The notes under the pieces: model-generated | What the model saw: the letters and a program-made list of their open reading frames with translations, nothing else | What the model was told of the DNA's origin: nothing | Database searches by the model: none | NCBI GenBank assembly: GCA_973895155.1 | Contig: OZ316893.1 | Span: 6,906,963-6,970,962, forward strand | Length of the DNA: 64,000 bases | Direction of reading: 5' to 3' | Source: Marsupella aquatica | Lineage: Eukaryota > Plantae > Marchantiophyta | Shown: positions 1 to 11,660 of the stretch, in pieces | How the letters are laid out: the number at the start of each line of letters is the position of its first letter | Numbering within the stretch: the stretch's first letter is position 1 | Translations under genes and position numbers: made by a program

Positions 1-273
1 TGTGTGCTACGCGGCAGTGTTGAGTTTTGAGTTTTGTGAGAAGTTTTGAAAAAAGACGTTTTTTTGTGATTGTTTCATATGAGTGATTCAGAGGATACTG
101 GAAGAATTAGCGTCGGTGGAGCTTCAGGATCGCGACGGTCAAATGGAGAGTCTGAGGAGGAGCTGCTACCGTTTGAGGAGGAACTTGTAACACCGGTATG
201 ATCACCGGTGCGGCGTGCAGTGGAGGAAGTTGTACTACTACTAGAGCTGTCGGTAGTAGGGAAGAAGAGGGAG

Positions 274-3200
274 ATGGCTAGATTTGGAGGAGTGAAGTTT
301 GAGGTGGAGAAGTACGATGGTTGTACTGATTACTTGTTGTGGGAGAAGCAAGTGAAGGGTGTTCTTTGGACCATGGGCTTAGCTCATCTGCTTTCATCGC
401 GAGAGCAGTATGATGGAGAGGAGGAGATTTCTATGAGGCAGTGGAGACAGGAGCAGGTGATTGCTGTCAATGCAGTGATGCTATATCTCAAGCCGCACAT
501 CATCAAGCAGCTGGATGATTATGCGGATTGTGTGTCACTGTTCAAGGCTCTAAGAGAGAAGTACTATTGGGAAGATGCATCAGACTGGTTGTACAAGAAG
601 TCTCTCTTGATGAGCCTCAGGCTCAAAGAAGGGAGCAAGATGCAGGATCACCTGGATGAGTTTGACAGTCTAGCAGTGAATCTGTCAAATCTGGGAAAAG
701 GAGTTGAAGATAAGGATAAGGCCTTGCTTCTGCTAAGCTCCTTACCGCCGCCATATCAGGGCTTGAAATAGGTGCTCTTGTATAGAGATCTGAAGTCCAT
801 TTCGTATAATGAGGTGGTGAGCTCCTTGCTATCTGATGATGCTCAGAAGAAATTGGGTCATTCACAGACAACATCTTCTTCTGGCATTGCGCTGAACATG
901 AACCGTGGGAGAGCAGCACAACGCACGAATGGGCAGAACAGGTTTAGATCTACATCACGGGGGAGATCTAAATCCAAAGGGAAATCGCAAGAGAGGAAGC
1001 CTCTTGCATGTTGGAATTGTGGCAAGCCTGGTCACATGAAAAGGGATTGTCGAGTAAAGGTCCCTACTGCATCTGCTAACACGGCATCAAGCTCGCATGA
1101 GGTAGATTTACTCGATGATGATGATATATTGTGATGTCAAGGTTATGCTCTCAACGTAGTGTCAAATCCAGGTAGTGATGACTGGATTCTAGATAGTGCA
1201 TGTACTTTTCACATTTACTCTAGGAGAGATTTTTTTGGTTCTTACACGGTTTCCAACGGGTCAGTGTTGATGGGAAATGGAATCCCATGTCAAGTTGTTG
1301 GACTTGGATCTATAAGATTTCAGATGTTTGATGGTGCTGGAAAGAACGTTGAGGAATGTGAGACATATTCCCAGCATGATGAAAAATCTCATTTCACTTG
1401 GAGTTTTAGAAGCAAATGACCATCAGTGGAGTTTTGCTAATGGTGTCCTTCAGGTTTCAACTGGTACTAAAGTTGTATTGAAGGGAAAGAGACATAACAA
1501 TCTATACGTTTTGGAGGGCAGTGTAGTTTGTGATGAAGCCAATGTAACCTTATCTCATGAGGAGACGGCCCGACTGTGGCACTTTCGTTTGGGCCGCATG
1601 AGTGAAAAATGTTTGGCTATTCTTCAGAAAAAAGGATTACTTTCTAATTTGCAGTCTTGTAACTAAGTTAGAATTTTGTGAGCACTGTGTGCTTGGGAAG
1701 CAGCACAGGAAACCCTTTGGAGTTGGAGCTCACACCAGCAAGGAGGTACTTGAGTATGTACATAGTGATGTGTGGGGTCCAATCCCTACTCCCTCACATT
1801 CTAGATGATTATACTATGTCACGTTCATAGACGATTACTCAAGGTATGTGTGGATCTACTTTCTACACAGTAAGTCTGATGTTTTTGCCACTTTTAAGGA
1901 GTGGAAAACCCAAGTTGAGAATCAGACTGGTAACAAGGTGAGATATCTTCAATCGGATAACGGCGTTGAATACAGTTCCGAGGAATTTAGAATGTATTGT
2001 AAGGAGCAGGGGATTACCCGCCATCTCACAATAAGTTATACTCCTCAGCAAAATGGTGTTTCTGAGAGACTCAACCAAACACTATTGGACCGCTCGAGGA
2101 GTATGTTGAGTCAATCATGCTTACCACATGAGTTTTGGGCTGAAGCTATCAACACTGCAGCTTATTTGGTAAATTTTTCTCCATCCAGTTCTATTGGATT
2201 CAAGACGCCATTTGAAATGAGGTACGGGCGTCCAACAGATTATTCATATCTAAGGATTTTTGGATATGATGCTTATGTGCTTACACCTTCCCAGGTTCGA
2301 TCTAAGCTGGAGTCCAAGTCGAAGAAGTGCATTTTCCTTGGCTATCAAAAAGGTGTGAAAGGTTATAGGTTATGGGATCCAGTAACCTGTAAGCTAATTG
2401 TCAGTAGAGATGTGTCCTTTAATGAGTCCAGATCATCAAAGGAGGGGGAGAGTTCTCAGAACTCCCATACTGACAAGGGGAAATCTCTCATCCCGAACGG
2501 GGTTGAGGGGGAGAGTAGTCATGATGTTGTTCATGACAGGAGAGATGGAGAAGCTCCAGGCTTGGAGGTGGTTCCTGTGATGGAACAAGAGGAGCAGATT
2601 ATTGCTGGGGTACCTCAAATTCAACCAGCAGCAACAGATCAGCCTGAGTCATCTACTAGAAGAACTTCCAGTCGTTCTACTAGAGCTCCTACTAGGTATG
2701 GTCAATGGGCAGACTCATCTAAACTAGATGATATTGACATTGCACCTGATAAAGATGATATGGCTTTGATTTTGGAAGAAGGAGAACCTTCTTCCTACAG
2801 TGAGGCTTGTGCTTCAAAGCAGAAGCATGAGTGGAATGCAACAATGCAGAGGGAGTTGCAATCTTTGAGTGACAACAAGACATGAGAGCTGGTGAAGCTT
2901 CCAAGAGGTCAACAAGTGGTGGACAACAAGTGGATTTACAAGTTGAAGGACATTCCTTTAGAGGGTGGAGATAAGATCTACAAGGCAAGGCTTGTTGCCA
3001 AGGGATTCACTCAAGAGAAAGGAGTGGATTACAATGAGGTCTTTTCACCGATGGCTAAGTATTCCACAATTCGGATCTTGTGTCAGCTTGTTGTGTTTTT
3101 TGGTCTGGTGATGGATCAGATGGATGTTGTTACTGCTTTTCTCTATGGCAACTTGGAAGAGTTGATCTTCATGAGACAGCCACTAGGCTTTATGAAGAAG

Positions 3201-4688
3201 GGCCAAGAGAACTTAGTTTGCAGATTGCTCAAGTCCTTGTATGGATTGAAGCAGTCTCCCAAACAATGGAACAAGCGGTTTGATAATTTCATGCTTGCTC
3301 AAGGTTTTACAAGAATGGTGTATGATCCTTGTGTGTATACGAAATCAGTCAAGAATGATGTATTTGGTTTCATCATTCTGGTGATCTATGTGGATGACAT
3401 GCTGATTGTGGCTAAAGATCAATCTGAGGTTGACAGTCTCAAGGCGAAATTGAGTGTTGAATTCAGGATGAAAGATCTTGGTAAGGCCAAGAGGATCTTA
3501 GGGATGGAGATTTTTAGGAACTTTGATACTGGATAGTTGTGCTTGAGTCAAGGCCAGTATGCGAGGAAAGTACAAAACTGTAAGCCAGTGAGTATTCCTT
3601 TAGCTTCACATCTCAAGTTATCATCGGCTTTCTCTCCTACGGATGCTGTGGAGAAAGGTATGATGGCTAAGATTCCTTATGAGAAGGCAGTAGGCAATCT
3701 GATGTATTTGATGACTTGTACTAGGCCTAACTTGGCACTAGCGATGGGCAAGGTTAGCAGATTCATGTCAAATCCAGGGAAGGTACATTGGGAAGCTGTG
3801 AAATGGATTCTCAGGTATCTCAAAGGTACACAGGAATATGGATTACTATTTGATAACAGATCAGATAGAACGTTAGTTGGCTATGTAGATACTATCTATG
3901 AAGGCTATCTGGATACAAGGAGGTCTACAACTGGGTTTGTTTTTACTCTTGGAGGAGGATGTAGGTCAATTGCAAGATTGAGGGGGGCAAAAGGACGCAA
4001 AAAGGATTAGCTCAAAAAGGAGAGAAAAAGGACTCAAAGATCATAAAGATTTAGTTGAAGACCACTTCCATAAAGTTTGGACACACTTCCAAAATTGTTG
4101 GGCACACTTCCAAGAAGATTGGGACTTCCTAAAAGCCTAGATACACTTCCAAAGACTTGGCATGCAAGATCTCACCATCCAATCTCAACAAACTAATCCT
4201 AGCCATTTGTTGTAACATCTTGTCCACCCCTTGTAAATTGGGAAGGACTGGAATCCTTTTGGTGGAGAAATTGGACATCCTTTTTGCCCCCCTCAAGCTT
4301 GCAATTGACCTATATCAGTTGGAAATCTACCTTACAGAAGTGTATATCTTAGTCTACTACAGAAGCAGAGTAGGTTGCAACAGCAAAAGCGGCAAAGGAA
4401 GCTATTTGGTTGGATAAGTTGATCGCGGAGATGGGTTTAGAGCATGGCAAAATGACTCTAAACTGTGATAGTCAGAGTGCTCTTCACTTGGCTGCTAACC
4501 AGGTGATGGATAGCAGGGTGAAGCACATTGATATCAAGTACCATTTTATCAGGCAAACAGTGTCTAATAAAACTTTTGAGCTAGTCAAGATTGATGGAAA
4601 GCTCAATCCCGCTGATGCCTTTACCAAAGTGATTCCTTTGGAGAGTTTCTCAAGACACCGTGCTACTTTGCAAGTTTTGCAGTTGTAG
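274..4688 (+). pseudogene. copia gag-pol polyprotein, disrupted
   Basis: In-frame stops (769, 1132, 1806, 2883, 3534, about 4350, about 4369), frameshifts near 1330 and 1660, and a MITE insertion at 3964-4310. Confidence 0.95.
3964..4310. mobile_element. 347-bp non-autonomous TIR element (MITE) inserted in the copia RT/RNase H junction
   Basis: ~33-bp TIRs GGTCAATTGCAAGATTGAGGGGGGCAAAAGGAC / ATCCTTTTTGCCCCCCTCAAGCTTGCAATTGACC; removing it (with the duplicated target bases) restores the GGGCISWKSTLQ frame; internal CACTTCC repeats. Confidence 0.93.
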
Positions 4689-4903
4689 TGCAAGTAGAGT
4701 TATTTGGCAATGTGTGACTATTTGTATATGGATTACTCATTCCTGTTTGGCTACGGCTTAGTTCTAGTTAACCCTTAGTTAACCCTTGTGGTTTTTAGGG
4801 GGAGACCTGGTTTGGTGATTCTCTACTTAGAACTTCCCGCTGAGGATTCCATATGGTAGCATTTAGTCCAGTCCCCAATGAAGACAAGAGTCAAGGGGGA
4901 GTT

Positions 4904-5247
4904 TGTTAGATATTGCTCTAGTCTTGTGACTCATGAGCTAACTACAGTTAGTCTAACTCGGGTTAGGACTTAGCTAATGTTAGCGGTAGTGCTGTTGTGT
5001 ATATAGCCAGGGTTGATGCCAGACCCTGGTGGAACTTAGGCTCATTGTTACGGAGCTAGTTGAGAGATAGGGAGAGCTTGTGCTGTGGATGCTTGGTATG
5101 GCAGGTCGGCCTAGAGTGCAGTAAAGTTCTTGTGTGTTCCCGTGGACGTAGCCTCATGTGGAGGTGAACCACGTATCTATATGTGTCGGCTATTATGCGT
5201 TGGATGGTTCATGAGCTTGCAGTTGCGAATATCGTCTATGCTCAACA
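4904..5247 (+). repeat. 3' LTR of the copia element (~344 bp)
   Basis: Polypurine tract AAGGGGGAG (4893-4901) immediately before TGTT; ends AACA; contains TATATA and the CCCGTGGACGTAGCC...GGTGAACCACGT motif typical of plant copia LTRs. Confidence 0.85.
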
Positions 5248-5750
5248 TTGGCGAGGATGCCTGAGAGGGTGAAAGTGTGCATACGCTCAAACAAGGTTAG
5301 TCTGAAGACGGAGAGGGTCCAAGGTTAAAAACTCCTGAAAAGAAGGTAGTGAGGCGCGTACAAGATCCGGTAGTAAGCACCATGCGTCTCGCAAACAAAC
5401 CTGAAATGGGAGGGAACCCTCCTCAACCTCCATAAGCGATGAAAGTAAAAAGGGCCAATCCTCAACAAGGAAGCGATCGGCCAACAATGAGAACGAGGTG
5501 ACCCACAAACCCAAAAATGTCAAGGGTCTGTGCTCTCAAGGAAGTAAGCCCAAAATCACTTTGAGAAATAGGAAGTGTGAGCTGTCCGTGAAGCCATGGA
5601 GATGAGAGCAAACTAAGAACCAGGACCTAGTAGGCTAAACTAAATCAGAAGAATTTGTAATCATAACAAGAGTTCCTTGGCTTTCCGGGTGGCTTTCACA
5701 CACAATCTCAACTTGGTGGCACACTTCCGCACTTAAAATGGAAGACCACA
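5248..5750 (-). mobile_element. Non-LTR retrotransposon relic, CRE-like (region downstream of RT)
   Basis: Frameshifted minus-strand translation SLLGPGS..GQLTLPISQSDFGLTSL..FLGLW..LLADRF..LSSLMEVEEGSLPFQVCLRDA..LP resembles the QxxLPxxxGGLGL region of CRE-clade elements; recognised by eye. Confidence 0.55.
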
Positions 5751-5765
5751 ATTAATAATCCACTC

Positions 5766-6566
5766 TGGATCCTGAGCTCTCAAAATTGATAAGTCTGATG
5801 GGTCCTGCACCCTTTGCTCGGGAATAGTTGAAACTATCCCTCATCTTTTCTTTCAGTGCAAGTTTGCACGTTGCTGTTGGAGAATTACTTGGGGATGGAT
5901 GAACAGGCAGATCATTGGCCCCGATTTGAGCCCACTCGAGTTAATACGGTCTTGCAAGGGGAAAAATCCCCTGAGTACATTACATTTTGTTATGATTTAT
6001 GAGGTTTTATGGAGCATCTGGCTAGCTAGGAATGGTCAGACTTTTGACTTGGCAAAGAAACGAATTTTTGATCAGGTCTCGATCTTCTCTGCTGCACTTG
6101 ACTTTCTGGCTGCTGGTGCGGCGGCTTCTAATTCCAGTAGGAAACACTTGCGGCTTGTCTGTGCAACTGCCCTGCTGGAAGGAGAACGGAGTAGGATATT
6201 GAGAAATGGCATTAGAGGCATAGTATCTCTCTGAGAAGGAACCGGTTGCTGATTATGTAGTAGGAACTAGTTGAGTCCCTACCTGTTGGACATCTTTTGG
6301 CTCCTTGAAAAATTGGGCCCTTTTGTTTCCCCGTTACATCATACAGTGCCAAAGTTAGATTTAGGATACTAGAAGGTGCTTGATTGTGATCGAGGTCTTT
6401 AGACCTTGGTACTAAGTTTTGACTTGGTTGCCACGCCAAATGTTCTATGTTTTGCCCTCTTGGGGCCTTTTTTGTTTTTTGCCTTTGGGCCTGCTTGGTT
6501 CCCCCATCCGTGGGGTTCACGCGGAATAAGAGAAATTAAAATAAAAAAATAAAAAATAAAAAATAA
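5766..6566 (+). mobile_element. 5'-truncated L1 LINE copy with poly(A) tail and 12-bp TSD
   Basis: zf-RVT motif SCTLCSGIVETIPHLFFQCKFARCCW, then VLWSIWLARN; A-rich tail 6525-6566; TSD AATAATCCACTC at 5754-5765 and 6567-6578. Confidence 0.92.
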
Positions 6567-8027
6567 AATAATCCACTCCTACTATAGATCTCATCACTTT
6601 TCTCAAACCAGTGTACAGCAGGTTACATTTTCTATAGTCTTATTATTGACTAACCTTCCCCATCGAACCAAGCTGAGAATCCTGTGCCCAATTGCTCTTG
6701 ATCGGAAACCAATATCAGTGTGGCTGAAACCAGTAGTGTAGCAAATTTTTCCCTTGTTCAACTACGAGCCCCTCTTGTCCTTTAGCACCACAGCTCAGAA
6801 CACTGCAGGCGCTCACCTACTGTAGTTCATGTCTTATGAAGTTCCATCCCCCTCTAATTTCAAAGGACTCAATCCTAAAAACTCTCATGGTGAGTCTTCT
6901 TTTGTATTTTCAATCCTTCCCCTTCTACTTCTACACTGTTCACCGCAATTAGTCTTGGTAATATTATTTGTGTTGCCTACATTTGGGGACTTACTCTTCA
7001 ATTAACACAACTAATGTTAAACAAGGACTAACACTAGTAGTGTATGCATTAAGTAACATAAGTGTCTGGTTTTGCATAACACCGTATGGAGAGAAAGGTT
7101 ATACTAATTTAGTTTGTGGATACTTGGAGGCCACATTTCAAAAACTACTACTTCATACAAGCAATACTGAGAGGGTTCCAATCCACACTAAAAAAGACAT
7201 TGCTCTCTCACCTCAAACAGCTAGGGAAAAGAGTGTGTTCATGCACCCAAAATCATGAAAAAGAAAAGGCACATTTGAGGAACATAGTCTCAACAGGGTT
7301 ACACTACTTGCCAAACAATGTCAGGACAGAGTAGGACTGCTCTACTATAGTTTAGGGGATTCCTACCCTAAATAGTCTTAGCCCAAAAACCCACCACACA
7401 TAGTGTTATTTTATATTCAAACCTGACCCACTCTTAAATTACCAATATTAATTAGGGACTAACACTAATTCCTAGATAAGACCAATCACTCTGAACAGTG
7501 TAGTGGACAATCAATAGTAGAAACCCTCATTGTGAGTATTTGTTTATATTTTCAGTGAAGGTTGTGGACCATAATTCCTCACCAGCCTAGCAAACAAATT
7601 CCCTGATTTAAATCTCTGTAATACTGAAATGGAGCAATGTCAGTGTTGATTCCTCCCAAATAGAGTTTTTTGAAACTTCACAAGGAGAGTTTGTGCGTAA
7701 CCCAAGGGCTGTTTGGGGGTTATGGGTGGTAGTCTCCGAGAGCAATAACTCTCCTTGTGAGTGTTCCTTTGTATTTCCATTTAAAGTTTATCCCCACAAC
7801 CTCTTTGTCATTCTGGCACAAGATGTTAACTACACCAGGGAATCTTGATTACTTACATAGATCAAGGTCACAATTCATACTCATAACAAGGGTTTGCGCC
7901 CTGGTTTTATGCTCAGTTTCCCATTTGCTGTTCAGGAGTTATAGGCTCTAGCCCATGGGTTACCAACACTAAACTTGATGAAACTCTCAAGTGCTGCAGC
8001 CGGCAACACAAAGGATGTTAAATTGAA

Positions 8028-8280
8028 TGTCGGGGATCTAATCTGGCAGCATGACAATAATAGGAACCAGTATACAACGACAAATCAACACCGACAAAGA
8101 GAGTATGTGGTTCACCCCATTTGGGCTATGTTGAAGGCCATGAGAGAATAATCAATATGAACATAACAAGTACATCCACCATAGCCTAGCTCCACAAGCT
8201 CCACTATGACCTGATCTTTCTCACCCTCTTCAGTCTTTGCACACAACAGACTAAACTCTCAAATGTGTCTCTTTATAAAA
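8028..8280 (-). repeat. Possible degenerate solo LTR fragment
   Basis: Reverse strand carries CATAGCCC..GGTGAACCACATAC, similar to the copia LTR motif at 5140-5175; boundaries uncertain. Confidence 0.35.
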
Positions 8281-8319
8281 TGGAAAATGCGGGAACTGAT
8301 TGTGGCCATTTGATTTGAA

Positions 8320-8900
8320 TTGGAATTTCCGGAAGCAGTGAGTCCAGCTCAGACTCATGGGAGACACAAGAGGCAGAACAAACCATCCAAGGTAGACATG
8401 GCCAAGCTGAGGCCGCAACCTCAGAAGGTAGCAATCATTCCGAAGGCTGCAGAGGTGGATAAGCTCAACGAGATCACTGATAGGCTGAAGGCCAAGAAGC
8501 CACTAGAGAAGAAGAAGCCACCAAGATGTGTGTTTATGCATTGTATCGCAATGTGATACCTGTCCAGTGGTCCAGGACTGCCTGAGGTGGAAGGCCAATG
8601 TTCATCAGGTTAAGCTCAAGGAGGCTGAATTCCCAGGACTCGAAGGAGAAACAATCAGAGTACTTCTTCATTGACCCTTCAGAAGAGGCTTGTCAGATAA
8701 TAACAACCAGTCTGGGCAATCTAGTGCAACAGACATCCAGTTTCCAGACACCTAAGTTATCCGTTCTTGAATGGCATGATGGCATACAGATAATTTGTAA
8801 CCCAAGCACTCCCCCTAAACCATGCAGGAGTTTGGAGGACTGCAGTGTGTTACAAATGTGACAAGCCGAGTGACTTTGCTCAGGAGTTCACGGAACAACG
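8320..8900 (+). mobile_element. Retrotransposon gag relic
   Basis: Degenerate zinc knuckle VCYKCDKPSDFAQEF (about 8845-8890), preceded by a charged coiled-coil-like stretch; broken frame. Confidence 0.5.
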
Positions 8901-9974
8901 GAAGCAAGGAGACGGCTGAGTTATGCCATTGTGCCAGGTGACTGATATCGGGCTGCATTGGCTAATGTGTGCTCTCTACTTCTCATTTACTAGGAGCATG
9001 CATAAATGTCAGAGACTTCACCATATATTTGGCTCAAAAACTAACTTGTCTTCTTGAGCACCTGCCTATGCTGAAGGGAAGAGGTTTTTTATTCTCTTGT
9101 ATTTGAGGCTAATGCGTACGCTGGTGCCCATACTAAATATCTTGTCTATGAATGCACATGAGTGATATTGACTTTGCAAAGAAAACGCGTGCAAGTGTAA
9201 GCTAACTCAAAGCTGACGCATGTAGAACTGGCAGCAAGGTATGACTGGGCTTTTTAAACCACAAGTTCCCCTATAAAGTAATTTGGGTAACCCATAGTAC
9301 TTTATCTCACCAGCTGGGCCCATGTTTCTTGGCGCTGACAAAGAGGGGACATTCCTTTAACATCTCTCATAGGCTGAAATTTTCTGTTTTATCTTTTTGG
9401 TTGTTATTAATGAAAATCCAATACATAACTTTTAAGGAGAGTATGGACCCGTAACAGGTATAACCTTGGATAATCATGGCCAGTGGCCTGTGTGAACAGT
9501 TCCGGCCTGCATGACCTTGGGCATTAGTCGCAGGTGGCTTTTGTGAATCCTCCTGGCCAGCATGAACTTGGATGTTCATGGCAGGGGGCTTTTGTGAATG
9601 AGGCTCCTGGCCTGGCTAACTGAGGCCTCCATATAATATATTTGAACCCTAAATTGTTGACAAAAACTTATTGTCACAATATAACTTCTGCCCAAAAATT
9701 ATTCTGAGAAGATTGGTAAAAGGCCCATTTTAGAGGAGCCAAGCCGTCTAAAGGAGCCTACAGAATTCACACCTATCCACTTTAGAAAAAATAAAATTGA
9801 ATGCAAAACTTTACTGAAAGAGTGAAATTGGCCAGTTACACATGGGCTTCTCAGGTACTAAGCCTCCCACTTTTCCTTGCGTAAAAGTGGGGGAGTTCGA
9901 GCCTTTGACTACTTCTGATTTCATACATTCGTAGTGCAAGCATCGTGGTAGAAGGTCGAACTGGGCAAAGACCT

Positions 9975-10195
9975 CCATAGAGCACCCGGCAGGTCTCACT
10001 AGCTATCGGGACCAAGAGTGCTACAAAATCACATTGTCGAATAGGTGACAGCTCGGCGGCTATAGACAATGGCCTTGAGGCCCACTCGGAACAACTCGTC
10101 AGCTATGGAGATGCGGATCTGTAGTACTCGGCAGAGCTCCTCAGCTATATAGAGAACGGGACTTTGGAGCACTCGGTAGAAGCTCGTCACCGACA
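9975..10195. repeat. Degenerate ~40-45-bp tandem repeat
   Basis: Recurring ACTCGG...CTC(G/C)TCAGCTAT units. Confidence 0.5.
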
Positions 10196-11660
10196 ACGTG
10201 ATTTTGTCAATCCGTCATCGTTTGTAGCGGGACAGGAACCGTGTGAGGTCTCCTGCACCAACTGTACTAAGACTTCGCCAACCACTCGTAAGTTTAGACA
10301 GATTTCTGTGGCTACGATGCTCGGTTTCAACTGACGGTGCAATCCTCCTCCCTTCACTGGAATTTGATTTGCTGCAAAGAAACTCTCAGCTTCAGCTTCT
10401 GATTCTCCCCGGCTGCGTGTACTAAGGTAGGTAGTACCCCCCATTTTTGCAATGGTGGTTTGAGAGGAACTACGCTGCCTAAATTTAGCCACAGCACTCG
10501 CCTCGTGCACCATTCCATTATTGCGATAAACCGTACTGCCTTAAATTAGCAGCCACTCGTCTCTCAAAACCCTCTGTAAATTCCGCTTTTGATCCTTGCA
10601 GCCGACCCTTCTTCTCAGTAACCGGCTCTCAAGAGAGGTCAAGCTGCGACTTGGCCAACGTCATGTGTGTTCCCAAAACGAAAAGCTCCGACAAACAGAA
10701 ATCCATCCATATGCCGTCCAAGCAATCTCAAAAACCTGGATCATTGAACAAGTGATAATCGATGCGACAAGTGGGACAAAAAGATCACTCGTCAAAAAAA
10801 TCGAGCAAGACGCAATCTGTGTCAATGAAATCTGAGAGCGAGTTTGATACAGCTGGACTGCTTGGTCCAAGTTGTCATACAATGAATTGGTGATCTAATT
10901 ATCAACCTTAGAAATCTTCCTGGTCACAGAGACAAATGGAAGTCCCCTGTTTGCGCTGTTGAACATCCATACAGAGGTGGCTATCGAAAAGGCAACAAGC
11001 CTCTAACGCACTAGTCATTTAAGCACCATGCCGCACAAAAAAATGGCCCCAAGGCAACCCAACATGTTGTAGTGTCGTGCTAACAATAAAGTTAGCACTT
11101 TACACTTTAAAAAATTGTGACTGCTTTCTCTAGCATCAATGTCGAGGGGACGAAACTGCAGACCTCACTAGTCCCAAGGACAAATCCCCACCCAGAATAC
11201 TGCATTTCAAACCCGAATTTTTTTCTGCACAGGTCGAGTAGACACATAGAACCCGATTTACAATTTCTCGAATTATACCCCACCAGGTTTCATTGAGACT
11301 GCGGTGTATGAACGGCACCACTGTACACACCACCTGCATGCTTTTTGTCCGGCAACTGTAGCTAGCACCTGTCTCCCCAGGAAAGTGCACCAGGAATCTT
11401 AGGACCAACAGCTAGGGATGCACAACCATATAAAGGACTTTGAAACCAACAGAAGCGCCAAAGCCACAGTTGATCCTCTTCGTTTTGGTTTCAGGATAAA
11501 CTAAACTGCATCAGATGCCGCTGACAGGTCTTCAGTGGTAGAATTGAACCACGATGCCCGAATATTTACCTTGTTTGACCCCCAACCATGGATTCCCCCA
11601 AAATCGATTTTACAAAAATGTGACAACCACATCTGCGTGGACCATATTTGCCGGTCACCT

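Larger units (their letters stand above)
1..5247 (+). mobile_element. Ty1/copia LTR retrotransposon (Tork/Tnt1-like), degenerate; 5' LTR lies upstream of the window
   Basis: Copia domain order: gag (MARFGGVKFEVEKYDG..., ATG 274), CCHC knuckle CWNCGKPGHMKRDC, protease WILDSACTFH, GAG-pre-integrase LWHFRLG, integrase (YVHSDVWGP, SDNGVEY, TPQQNGVSER), RT (KARLVAKGF, QMDVVTAFLYG, LYGLKQSP, YVDDML), RNase H (CDSQSAL, KHIDIKYHFIR, NPADAFTK); PPT followed by a TG..CA LTR. Confidence 0.97.

Noticed and set aside
5248-6566. Single L1 with 5' inversion (twin priming)
   Set aside because: The TSD at 5754-5765 delimits the L1; the upstream minus-strand piece is a separate element
10187-10882. Short minus-strand ORFs downstream of ARIA
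   Set aside because: No homology recognised and no coherent exon chain
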